Source: a virus
Strand: one strand, 5' to 3'
Virus record (IMG/VR): IMGVR_UViG_3300025133_009446
Span: 1-64,000 of that record
Length of the DNA stretch: 64,000 nt
Shown here: piece after piece, positions 20,333 through 29,620 of the stretch
How the letters are laid out: each line of letters starts with the position of its first letter
How positions within the stretch are numbered: the first letter of the stretch is position 1
The notes under the pieces: model-generated
The model's input: only the letters and a program-made list of their open reading frames with translations
The model's database searches: none
What the model was told of the DNA's origin: nothing
Program-made: the position numbers and the translations under genes

Positions 20333-23300
20333 TTAGTTGTTCCCCCATATGTCATCTTCTAGTTTTGGATCTTTTGGTCTAGGAATAAAAGAGAAAGCCT
20401 TATCTTTAAAAGTACCTGCCGCTCCACCTTTTGCCTCATAATCAACATCAGAATATTGATAATTCCCAGAATTTAATATCCCATTATAGATTGCTTTTAA
20501 ACTAGTTTCTGAGTCTTCCATCAAGTTATAAAAAGATTTATTAACATTGGCTGTAAAGCTCATCATAGTATAAATAGTTATTAGTGAAATCATTGATCTA
20601 GCTTTTTTCTCAAAAAGATGTTTATACTCTTTTCTTTTTATTAATCGAGACATTAAGACATCATATGGGTACGATTCTGGATTAAGAAAATCTTCACCAT
20701 TTAAGTTAACATATTTCAAATAAGCAGGATTTTTCGACGCTTGCGATATAACAGCATTCATAACACCCTGCATACCAAGAATTTGATCAAGAACATCTTT
20801 TGCTGCACCGAGAGGATCGTCTTCACCTTCTTCATCAGATTGTGTTTCTGGAAATTCAGGCACAGCATATGGTGCATTTGTAACCTCTATCTCTTCCTCT
20901 ATTAGGGGCACTGAAAATGTCATACCGGTGGCAGCCTCGACAGAGGGAGAATCAGGTGTGAGAAATTTATCACCCATTACAAAAGCGTTCTCTTTTAAAG
21001 CGTTTTTAATATTATCTTTTGAAAATGATTTTAAAATTTGTTTAAAACTGGTGGTGTCGTCGCCTTTGCCGGTACCGCCGAGCTGTACCTCGTTTAAGTG
21101 TGGGGCGCCTTGTACAACATCATAAGCCCTGGGTGCAATATAAGATAGCCTTAACCCATACTTCAAGCTCTTATAAAAGTTTTGATATGAAAGAGATTTC
21201 TGAGTTGCTTCAAAATCTAATGGACCAATTGGAATTAAATCATATTTTCCAAGAACCGTGTTACCAACATATTCCCCAGGAGGAATTTGTGATAGCCCAT
21301 GCGCTGTTTTCACCATTTCAAAAAATCTTTTTCTATTTTCTTTAGACCCACCTTCAATTGAAACAAAAAATTGATTTCTCACTTTTGCATGCCAGCCTCC
21401 ATTATATCCTGAAAATGACGTTGACTTCTCTGAATCATATCCATTAATGTTTTTTTTCATCCACCAGGGATCAAACACTCCTGCTAGCGAAGTGTCTGGT
21501 GCGACATCGAGTGCTGGGCGTATTCTATACATAAAACTAGCCATATTCCCACCAGACTTCGGAGGCGAATGAGTTGATACCCACTTCCAAAAACGGTTTC
21601 CAGTGCCAGTGGCAGCAGGAGATATCAAAAGTTGTCCATTGGCAGCTTGCCCAGAAAAACCCAGAGAAGAGCCAAGTTGAAATAATACATTTAACATCTG
21701 CTGGAAGTGGTACGGCACAGTGTCATCACCAAACAGCGGCTGTTTATTAGAGCCACTCTTTGGTTTTATAATAAACCCCATAGTGCCTTTTGGCATTGCC
21801 TCAAATGAACCAAAACCATCGTTAGCCAGCCACATATCTGGATCGGTGATGTTGTTTAAAAAGTTTATCATATTTCCTACGCTGTCTTGTTCTGACGAAG
21901 TAGTAACCCATGATTTAATATTCTTTTTAAAAAGGTTTATGTTGTTCACTCCATAAAGCATTGTTAATTGATGTTTCTCCAGGGGGACATGATCCCAGAA
22001 GTCACCTGGTACTGCTGCAGGATTTGTCCAATACTGCACTATATCAGCCATAGTATCAATTGGTAGCACTTCACCGCCAAAGGAAATGTTGTTGCCACCG
22101 TCTGCGCCTTGTCCTTGTGTTAGTCGATGAAAGGTGGGCAGAAAATCTTCACCAAACATTGCTTTTATTTCATCATCCGTTTTTGGTACTGCGCGCACAT
22201 ATTTTTCAAAAATTAAAGTTCCATTGCCATGATCATCAGCATCAAAGACTGTTCTAGTCGGGTAGTTGCCCCAGAGATCAAGCGGGTATTTCCCCCACAC
22301 ATCTAAAACTCCCCATTTCAGATCAGTTTTGCCGGTATGATCTTCTAATATTACCCTTAAAAGACTATCAGTAAAATCAATTTTATCAGCAAAAGCAGAA
22401 TATACATTTTTCAACATTGGTGCTAATCTATCTCTTTCCTCTTTTATCATTTCCAACATGGGAGTTCGATTGGTTGGAAATGTCTCGCCAGATAACATTC
22501 TTTCTTTAATGATCTTATCAGCATCAGCACTCATAAGTTCATATGTTGCCCCCCCTAGTCGTAATTTAATATTATTATGCACCACCTCATCAAATGATTT
22601 ATTTAAGGCATCATCAAAAGAAAATTCTGTTAAAACAAACATTGCCTGTATGGTTGCCTCTATTAAAGCCAACTGTACAACTGCGCGCACAACACCTTCT
22701 CTATTAGCCAAGTTAAAAGACTGATAAGGATCTTCACTATCTAATTGTTTCTTTCTCTTATAAACCATATCTTTTATTTCAGTCAAATCAAACAATTCTG
22801 CAGAATTATTAGAGTCGCTTTCCGTCGCCATCATAGCGCCGATACCGCCTTCATCATCTATGGCGGCACCATCTGGATTATCATTTGTTTTAAAATCTAA
22901 TTTAACTAACACCCCTGGACTAAACAGTTTTGATTTAGAAACAATTTTAGCAACTTTCTTTACTATCATAACATGTAATCTGTGATTCAAATCAAAAGGC
23001 AATAAAGATTGTAATTGTGTCACAAAACTACTATTTGGTTTGATCTTCTGCATTAATGACTCTGCAATTGCTTCTCTAAATTCTAGATTTTGATTTATTG
23101 CCATATTTTCTTCAGTATCATTCATCCCAGCATATCTAAAAAACTCTCTTCGATTTCCTGCAGAGATGCTGCCATGCTTGCCCGCAGCTGGTCTATATAA
23201 AGAATAAGGATAATCAAATCCTTCATTGGGAATTTTTATGTTTACTGCAGGACTACTCCCCCAAAAATCATAATTCATAATATCGATATTCTCATCATAA

Positions 23301-26300
23301 TACGTCACCGGTAATTTTTGAATATTTGCACGAATGCGCTCTAATATTGGATTAGTCCACGTAGAAGGATCTGCGGCAACCGATATATTTGTGTTGACTG
23401 TCAAAAGTGTCATTATTTCAGCTAGAGTTGCACTAAAAAACATTCTGGGACTGTCATAAATACCATCAATTATTTGTGATGCAGAAAAATCCATAGCAGG
23501 GCTAGTCATTGCTATTTGTGCTGCAGTTTTTGATAATTGCTTACTTAATTTTCCACTTTGCAGCTGCCTCTGGCTTGCTAAAACCGATGCCAAGGCTTTT
23601 AATCTTTGTTTTCTTCTCTGTCTTTTCTTTTCTACTTGATCTGCTATTATGTTTGAATCTGCCTTGGTGCTAAGCATCTTGTTCATTAAATCTTCTTCTG
23701 GGTGCGGAGCGCAAAGATCTAAATCAACAATATGCCCTAAATCTTTTATCCAACCTTCACCAGAAAGCATTCGCGCATTTCGTTTAACTTTTTCAATGTT
23801 TACCACTTTACCAAATTCAGAAAATATATCAATCATAACATTAGTTGGATTCTTACCTTTTTTTCTGTTGCTACCCTTTGATACTGTTTCTGCAAAAGAT
23901 AACCCCGCTGAGCCAGCTGCCGTTCTCATTTTTCTAGTAATGGCAACAGAATTAATGGCATCTTTCGTTTTTTTAGTCGGGCGCCCTTCTAATAGTTCAA
24001 TCATTTCTTTGCTGGATATATTATTCGAAATTTCATCAAAGATACCAGTAACCCCATTCATATCAAGACTTATATCACCACTAGCAAATTTCTTTACAGT
24101 CTTATTCACAAAAGCTTTAGCATCGTCTAATAGATCCGAACTCTCCAACAGCTCATTGATGTTTTGAGTGCCATAATCCATGCCGGCTTTCACAGTATCT
24201 TCCAACTCGCTCAGAGCGTCTGTACCAAAAGTAATAATTTTATCAATTGCTGCAGCCACCTCATCTAATACTATTTTTACTATTCCAATTATAATTTCAT
24301 CAATTATCATTTCTACAATTTTTTCAACTGCTTTAGAGATCATAGCCATATAATCAACTACCGGCAATAAATCATCTAAACGTGGTAACGTAAGTGCGTC
24401 AATGCTTGGCAAATCTTTCCAATTTGGTGGAAACGACTCCCCAAACGAATCAGATAATTGATTTAAATCTAAATTATTAACATAATCTCCCAATCCAAGA
24501 TCTGGAAGCCCCATACTACCAAGTGTGTCAGAAACAGTTTGAAGTAAATCTTTGGCATAATCTTCTGCTACGTCTACATGGCTTTCTATCAATTCAAGTA
24601 GCTGTTCTGTGGGAAGATGCTTATCAGGCAAGTTTAACAACAGTGTTTGTAACTCATTGGTTGACAAATCACTTAGTAAGTCTTGTACCGGCAACGCCTC
24701 CATTAAACTATCAAGCGGAAGCGAAGAAGCTAATTCTGTAAGCGAATTCGCGTCTGCCTCTTTCAAACCTTGCAAGACTTGAACCCCAGCAGAACTTAAA
24801 AACTTTCCTATATCAGCGTCATCTATCACTCTATCTAAAGTGGGATTTAAATCATTTGATACTTTTTTGAATTTATCAAAAAACCAATCATTTCTCATTT
24901 TAGATGTAAAAGTCGGTGCAATTGCGACATTACCACCTTCAGCAGGCTTACCCTCCAAGAGCACACTATAATCTATTTTACCAAAAGCATTTTTGCCAAA
25001 AATATTTTCTGGAGATATATCAATTGAAAACTGCTCTACAATTCTAGAAAAATTCCACTGAGTTGCTCCACCCAACAAACTTTCATATGGGGCAGGACTA
25101 CAAGAAATATTAAATATTTTACGTATAAACTTGTTACCAGTTGCAAATTCAGTAGCTTTTCCTGTTGTTGTGGAAATTTTATTTTTTGTATCTTCCCAAA
25201 AGTTTACATATTGATCATATAGCGTATCTAAAGTATCAGTCAATTGATTTATATTTGCCATTTCATTTGGCATGAAAGACATAAAATCATCTTTAATTAA
25301 TTGCGGCAAATCATAATAGTTTATGTTCTTAACAAGCTTTTTAACCAACCCCACATCATCAATAGGAGCTTGGCACAGTATCATTTCAATTACATCATCG
25401 GGAAGCCCATATTTATCTATCATATCAGAAATAAAATCTGTTGGTATTTGTATGTTACCAAATATTTTTTTCAGAATATATGGGGACGCCTGAGAAATCA
25501 TCCCCACCAAAAATTCGTCTGGCACTCTACCTTTCTTTATAAAATCAACAATATTATCTATAGGAAGGGTATCTATCTGTAATTCAAGAAGAATTTTATT
25601 CAATATGTCTGCCGGCAGTCTATTAATAATCAAACTCATTAATTCTTTACCAGAAAACGCCTGTAAGCCGCCAGCTAATAAAGCATCAACACTATCTGGT
25701 ATACCCAATTCTTCTGTTATAGAATCAATACCTATACTCATTAGAGTATCAATTCCAATCTTATTCAACACCACATCATAAAGCTTTTCGAAAGAAAGTC
25801 CATCTATTTGATCAGTTATTGTTCTTATTTGATCTAAAACTTCATCGCCAACAAATTCATTAACACTTTCTCTTGCGCCAGATATTTTCTCTTTAAACTC
25901 GTTTGTTATAGCCTTCGACTCGCGCTGTAGCTCTCGTGAAGTCTTCACTAGCCTATTATTAAATTCACCTTCTATAGATTTAACTTCATCTAAAAATCCT
26001 TTTTTCTGATCTGAAGGCTTGATCTCTGGTATCGGATATGTAAAGAATGAAACAAACTGAGTCCACGGCATATCTCTAGAGCGCGTCCCCAAAAGTTCTA
26101 ATATTTTCCAAGAATAAAATACAAAAGCATTAGTCCGAGGTCTATTGAAGGGATCAGAATCTTTAAATGCGTCAAATCCAACTCTTAACGGTTGTCCTCC
26201 AAATCCACGATCTACAACAATGTGTGTATAGTTAAACTCACCGTCAAATCCAAGTTCGACTATTCTATCAGATTCTGTTGCTGCTGAAATCTGTTCACTG

Positions 26301-27739
26301 GTAGTTGTAGATTGAGTTTCTGCCTCTTCAGTTGCTTCTGCATTGGTTGCTTCTGCATTGGCTGCTTCATCACCTGTTGCGTCAGCAGTTGGCGAATCAG
26401 GTGGAGTTGCTTGTTGTGCCGCAGCTTCAGCCGTAAAATCAGAAACTCCACTTGTTTTTGACGGCTCGCCTAGTTTAGCATAACTGTTTTTCACCAAAAA
26501 TTCATTAAAACCATTAATATATTTTTCCACTCTAGAAGATTCTTCTACTAAATCTAAACCCTCTATATTCACACCAGAATCGTTAATTGCTTCACCATAC
26601 ATTTTTATTTTATCGGCTGCCAAAGTAAGCATTTCTGCCATATCATTTGCTTTAAAAACAACACTTTTCTTAAAAAGTCCATCAAAAGCAAACCCTTCTC
26701 CCTTTTTTGGCATTATTTGTAAATGTTGTCCAGGCACTTTAACTAATATTAATAATTTACCTTCAGGTGCTGGACGTTCCTCTAAGTGCCAATCGGTTGC
26801 CGCCGAATGTTCCATTAGTTTTTCAACTATTTTGTTTATATCTAATTCACCTATGGTTAAAGATTCTTGCAGCAAATCTGTAACTGCTTCTGGAGGTGGT
26901 GGTGGTGGTGGAGGGAGTATTTCACCAGTTTGGCTGTGGACGCACATAGGATCTGGGATCCCTTCTTCAACAATTTTAGTATAACCAGCTGGGCATTGCA
27001 ACGTTTCAGCTGCAGCTGCTTTTGCTTCTGCTGCTTTTTCTCCTGGTGTTAGATCACCTTCACTTTCGTCTCCTACAGCTGGACCGGATCCGGAACCACC
27101 AGCTGGCGCCCCAGGGGGACCGATCCAATCACCTTGAACTCCTGTATTCACGCCATCAGTTGACTTATTGAAATCAGATTCTTTATATTCTCCAACGTCG
27201 GTATGGCTTGGCATCATTTTTAGCATTGCTTCTAAATGATTAAATTGTTCTTTATTTTTTGTCGCCACTCCTCCATGTTCACCAACCCCGTAATTCAATC
27301 GATTAATTGCATGCACATTAAGAGTGCGCTGCCACTTTTTAACTTTAGCACCTCGCTTGCCTCTTTTCAATATTATTTTTGTTGGTGGGTCACCCCCGCC
27401 TGAAGCATTACTTCTTCTGCGCCGCCCAGAACCTCCAGAGCCACTTGAAGCTGGAGACTCTGGCGGGCATTGTCCAAGAGGCGCTGTAGAACCATCAATA
27501 CACTGAACTTGATCTTCTGGTATGGACATGCCGCCCTCTTGTGACATGCCGCCCACCTCGGCAGCTGCGATCTGTTCCTCTAATTGGTGGATTTCTCTTT
27601 TAGTGTCGTCATAGAGTTGATATAACTGTTTGTACTGTTCATGTTCAATAAATTGATCCATACTCTGAAGATTGCTCTTGAGGCTCGCTTTCTTCCTCTT
27701 TAATTCTGCCAATTCCGCCATTAGATTTGCAATTGACAT
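20333..27739 (-). CDS. Giant (2468 aa) putative virion protein with an N-terminal coiled coil, half of a PG-binding motif, Pro/Gly linkers and a long helical region
   Basis: ORF length, position between the spike-like gene and gp25, and LKRGKRGAKVKKWQRTLN. Confidence 0.55.
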   Translation of the reverse strand: MSIANLMAELAELKRKKASLKSNLQSMDQFIEHEQYKQLYQLYDDTKREIHQLEEQIAAAEVGGMSQEGGMSIPEDQVQCIDGSTAPLGQCPPESPASSGSGGSGRRRRSNASGGGDPPTKIILKRGKRGAKVKKWQRTLNVHAINRLNYGVGEHGGVATKNKEQFNHLEAMLKMMPSHTDVGEYKESDFNKSTDGVNTGVQGDWIGPPGAPAGGSGSGPAVGDESEGDLTPGEKAAEAKAAAAETLQCPAGYTKIVEEGIPDPMCVHSQTGEILPPPPPPPPEAVTDLLQESLTIGELDINKIVEKLMEHSAATDWHLEERPAPEGKLLILVKVPGQHLQIMPKKGEGFAFDGLFKKSVVFKANDMAEMLTLAADKIKMYGEAINDSGVNIEGLDLVEESSRVEKYINGFNEFLVKNSYAKLGEPSKTSGVSDFTAEAAAQQATPPDSPTADATGDEAANAEATNAEATEEAETQSTTTSEQISAATESDRIVELGFDGEFNYTHIVVDRGFGGQPLRVGFDAFKDSDPFNRPRTNAFVFYSWKILELLGTRSRDMPWTQFVSFFTYPIPEIKPSDQKKGFLDEVKSIEGEFNNRLVKTSRELQRESKAITNEFKEKISGARESVNEFVGDEVLDQIRTITDQIDGLSFEKLYDVVLNKIGIDTLMSIGIDSITEELGIPDSVDALLAGGLQAFSGKELMSLIINRLPADILNKILLELQIDTLPIDNIVDFIKKGRVPDEFLVGMISQASPYILKKIFGNIQIPTDFISDMIDKYGLPDDVIEMILCQAPIDDVGLVKKLVKNINYYDLPQLIKDDFMSFMPNEMANINQLTDTLDTLYDQYVNFWEDTKNKISTTTGKATEFATGNKFIRKIFNISCSPAPYESLLGGATQWNFSRIVEQFSIDISPENIFGKNAFGKIDYSVLLEGKPAEGGNVAIAPTFTSKMRNDWFFDKFKKVSNDLNPTLDRVIDDADIGKFLSSAGVQVLQGLKEADANSLTELASSLPLDSLMEALPVQDLLSDLSTNELQTLLLNLPDKHLPTEQLLELIESHVDVAEDYAKDLLQTVSDTLGSMGLPDLGLGDYVNNLDLNQLSDSFGESFPPNWKDLPSIDALTLPRLDDLLPVVDYMAMISKAVEKIVEMIIDEIIIGIVKIVLDEVAAAIDKIITFGTDALSELEDTVKAGMDYGTQNINELLESSDLLDDAKAFVNKTVKKFASGDISLDMNGVTGIFDEISNNISSKEMIELLEGRPTKKTKDAINSVAITRKMRTAAGSAGLSFAETVSKGSNRKKGKNPTNVMIDIFSEFGKVVNIEKVKRNARMLSGEGWIKDLGHIVDLDLCAPHPEEDLMNKMLSTKADSNIIADQVEKKRQRRKQRLKALASVLASQRQLQSGKLSKQLSKTAAQIAMTSPAMDFSASQIIDGIYDSPRMFFSATLAEIMTLLTVNTNISVAADPSTWTNPILERIRANIQKLPVTYYDENIDIMNYDFWGSSPAVNIKIPNEGFDYPYSLYRPAAGKHGSISAGNRREFFRYAGMNDTEENMAINQNLEFREAIAESLMQKIKPNSSFVTQLQSLLPFDLNHRLHVMIVKKVAKIVSKSKLFSPGVLVKLDFKTNDNPDGAAIDDEGGIGAMMATESDSNNSAELFDLTEIKDMVYKRKKQLDSEDPYQSFNLANREGVVRAVVQLALIEATIQAMFVLTEFSFDDALNKSFDEVVHNNIKLRLGGATYELMSADADKIIKERMLSGETFPTNRTPMLEMIKEERDRLAPMLKNVYSAFADKIDFTDSLLRVILEDHTGKTDLKWGVLDVWGKYPLDLWGNYPTRTVFDADDHGNGTLIFEKYVRAVPKTDDEIKAMFGEDFLPTFHRLTQGQGADGGNNISFGGEVLPIDTMADIVQYWTNPAAVPGDFWDHVPLEKHQLTMLYGVNNINLFKKNIKSWVTTSSEQDSVGNMINFLNNITDPDMWLANDGFGSFEAMPKGTMGFIIKPKSGSNKQPLFGDDTVPYHFQQMLNVLFQLGSSLGFSGQAANGQLLISPAATGTGNRFWKWVSTHSPPKSGGNMASFMYRIRPALDVAPDTSLAGVFDPWWMKKNINGYDSEKSTSFSGYNGGWHAKVRNQFFVSIEGGSKENRKRFFEMVKTAHGLSQIPPGEYVGNTVLGKYDLIPIGPLDFEATQKSLSYQNFYKSLKYGLRLSYIAPRAYDVVQGAPHLNEVQLGGTGKGDDTTSFKQILKSFSKDNIKNALKENAFVMGDKFLTPDSPSVEAATGMTFSVPLIEEEIEVTNAPYAVPEFPETQSDEEGEDDPLGAAKDVLDQILGMQGVMNAVISQASKNPAYLKYVNLNGEDFLNPESYPYDVLMSRLIKRKEYKHLFEKKARSMISLITIYTMMSFTANVNKSFYNLMEDSETSLKAIYNGILNSGNYQYSDVDYEAKGGAAGTFKDKAFSFIPRPKDPKLEDDIWGNN
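26331..26368. repeat. 15-bp tandem repeat (2+ copies) encoding NAEAT in a low-complexity linker
   Basis: gttgcttctgcattg x2 plus a partial copy. Confidence 0.8.
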
Positions 27740-28611
27740 TATGCCTCTCCTCCAGCTATAATTTGAGAAATTTTATCTTTTGTATCTTTCTGTTGTGAAT
27801 CTAAATCACCATAGTTCACCACAGTAGACTCTATCTTCATTTGTTCCTCGCTAGAAGCTTCTAATAGATATGATGCCGAACCGGTTTGTTTATTATAATA
27901 TTCTAATATTTTAGTTAGTCCAGTTTTTTTTGCCTCTGTAATTATAGCTCCAAAATCAGCCGTAGTTTTTCCAACTAAGTTGCTGTGCTCTGTGCGTACA
28001 ACCACGTAATACTCATCGGCTTCGGAATCATAGAACGGTTCGGCTTCCTTTTGGGAAGGCCATTTTGCAAATTCTGTAGCTGATTTCGTATTCTTTTGTA
28101 AATCCACCAATTCGGGCGGTAGTGCTTCTTCAGCGGCTGCAGCTGCTTCACTCTCTGTAGAAGAGATTGCACCTGACACGTGGAGCGGTGTAAATGCGGT
28201 TTTAGTATATTCTTCATACTGCTGCAGTGTCACCTTTATATCATCAATCAACCTTTTAGTTGCTGCTTCTGTTTTTGGTCCATATATACCGTCTACTTTA
28301 ATTAAACCAGCTTGGGCTGAATTTTGACTATCTTCTACAGCCTGACTCAAGGCTGAACGCATTGGACGCTTAGCTGTTGGGCTTGGTGATTTTTCAGATG
28401 CAAGCGCTTCTGCTTCTGCTTCTTCTTGATAGTAAGCAATCTGTTCCTCTAATTGTTTGATTTCAGCTTTAGTTGCCTTTAATTCCTGCCCCAATGATAA
28501 ACGATAATCAACATCAGTCGTTTGATCATCATATCCTGACAAAATATGTTGAATTTCCCCTTTCTTTTGCTTTAATCCTGCCAATTCAGATTGTAAACTT
28601 TCTACTGACAT
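27739..28611 (-). CDS. Putative virion protein, N-terminal paralogue of the 2468-aa protein, carrying the C-terminal half of a PG-binding motif
   Basis: 290 aa. MSVESLQSELAGLKQKK...EIKQLEEQIA and VDGIYGPKTEAATKRL. AAGGAG RBS; TAATG coupling to the next gene. Confidence 0.6.
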   Translation of the reverse strand: MSVESLQSELAGLKQKKGEIQHILSGYDDQTTDVDYRLSLGQELKATKAEIKQLEEQIAYYQEEAEAEALASEKSPSPTAKRPMRSALSQAVEDSQNSAQAGLIKVDGIYGPKTEAATKRLIDDIKVTLQQYEEYTKTAFTPLHVSGAISSTESEAAAAAEEALPPELVDLQKNTKSATEFAKWPSQKEAEPFYDSEADEYYVVVRTEHSNLVGKTTADFGAIITEAKKTGLTKILEYYNKQTGSASYLLEASSEEQMKIESTVVNYGDLDSQQKDTKDKISQIIAGGEA

Positions 28612-28633
28612 TACGCTTCTCCTTTCCTAATAT

Positions 28634-29605
28634 TTAGTTTGTATTATTAAATCTACTATTTATATACTCACTACCAGCAACCATATAAAAATTCTTCTTA
28701 TACATAACCAAATTAGATTTAAAAGATGCAATCGACGATTTGACTTGAGTTAGTAAAGCAGGAATATTGGTTCCTCCAGACGTGGTTGCAGCGATGGATG
28801 GTTGAGTCATGGCAGTAACAACTGTTACAACAGGTCCACCGGCATTTCCACCGGTACCAGAACCAATAACATTATGAGTGTGGTTCATTACTGCAGTATT
28901 AAAACTGGTTTGATAAGTTAAAAATGCATCGACAATACCACTTAAAGCATCAACATGTTCTACCATCTTATTTAAAGCTTTGTTCAAGTTTTCACCTTTA
29001 ACCATTGGTTGCAAATCTTCATCATTGTTGCCAGCTATTAAATCAATACCAAGCACGCTACTTACGTCGGCACCTTGAGAATTTTTTATATCTGTTCTTG
29101 TTATTAATTTAATTCCTTCACGAGCTATGAATCTCAAAGCATCTGCCTTTATTGCAATTCCAGATTTAGCTTTAGACTCCCCTATTTTGCCGGGAGTTAA
29201 TCCAAAATTTGTATCAATATCAGTTTTTTGACTAATATATATTCTTGCAGCATCTTTTTGAAAGTGTGGATCCACATATATTGATTCGTTATTTACAGTA
29301 ACTGCAACAGTGTCAGCACCTAATCTTCCTGTTACAATATCTATCGAAGCGCATTGAGTATCCCCTTTCCCACCATAACCACTTAGCCTAGAAGCTGGGC
29401 GATCTCTACCTAATACTATCGAGGCACCATTTTGATTAGCAATTACTTTTTCAGATGGAGTTTCTATAAAGCCAGGAATCGCTTCCATTAGCTTATCCCC
29501 AGCAACTCCCAAAGAACTAGCTCTATCTGATTTAGCAACCTGCAAAGCCTGTTCAACACCTGGAATGGAGCCAGCAGTGTTAATGGCTTGTTTTAAAAAA
29601 TCCAT
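28634..29605 (-). CDS. Baseplate central spike-like protein (gp5 C-terminal/gpV-like)
   Basis: 323 aa. Beta-strand-rich IVLGRDRP...ARIYISQKTD...IAIKADALRFIAREGIKLIT, QPMVKGENL, and a C-proximal NHTH (HxH metal-binding tip motif). Confidence 0.6.
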   Translation of the reverse strand: MDFLKQAINTAGSIPGVEQALQVAKSDRASSLGVAGDKLMEAIPGFIETPSEKVIANQNGASIVLGRDRPASRLSGYGGKGDTQCASIDIVTGRLGADTVAVTVNNESIYVDPHFQKDAARIYISQKTDIDTNFGLTPGKIGESKAKSGIAIKADALRFIAREGIKLITRTDIKNSQGADVSSVLGIDLIAGNNDEDLQPMVKGENLNKALNKMVEHVDALSGIVDAFLTYQTSFNTAVMNHTHNVIGSGTGGNAGGPVVTVVTAMTQPSIAATTSGGTNIPALLTQVKSSIASFKSNLVMYKKNFYMVAGSEYINSRFNNTN

Positions 29606-29620
29606 AATATTAATTCCTTA

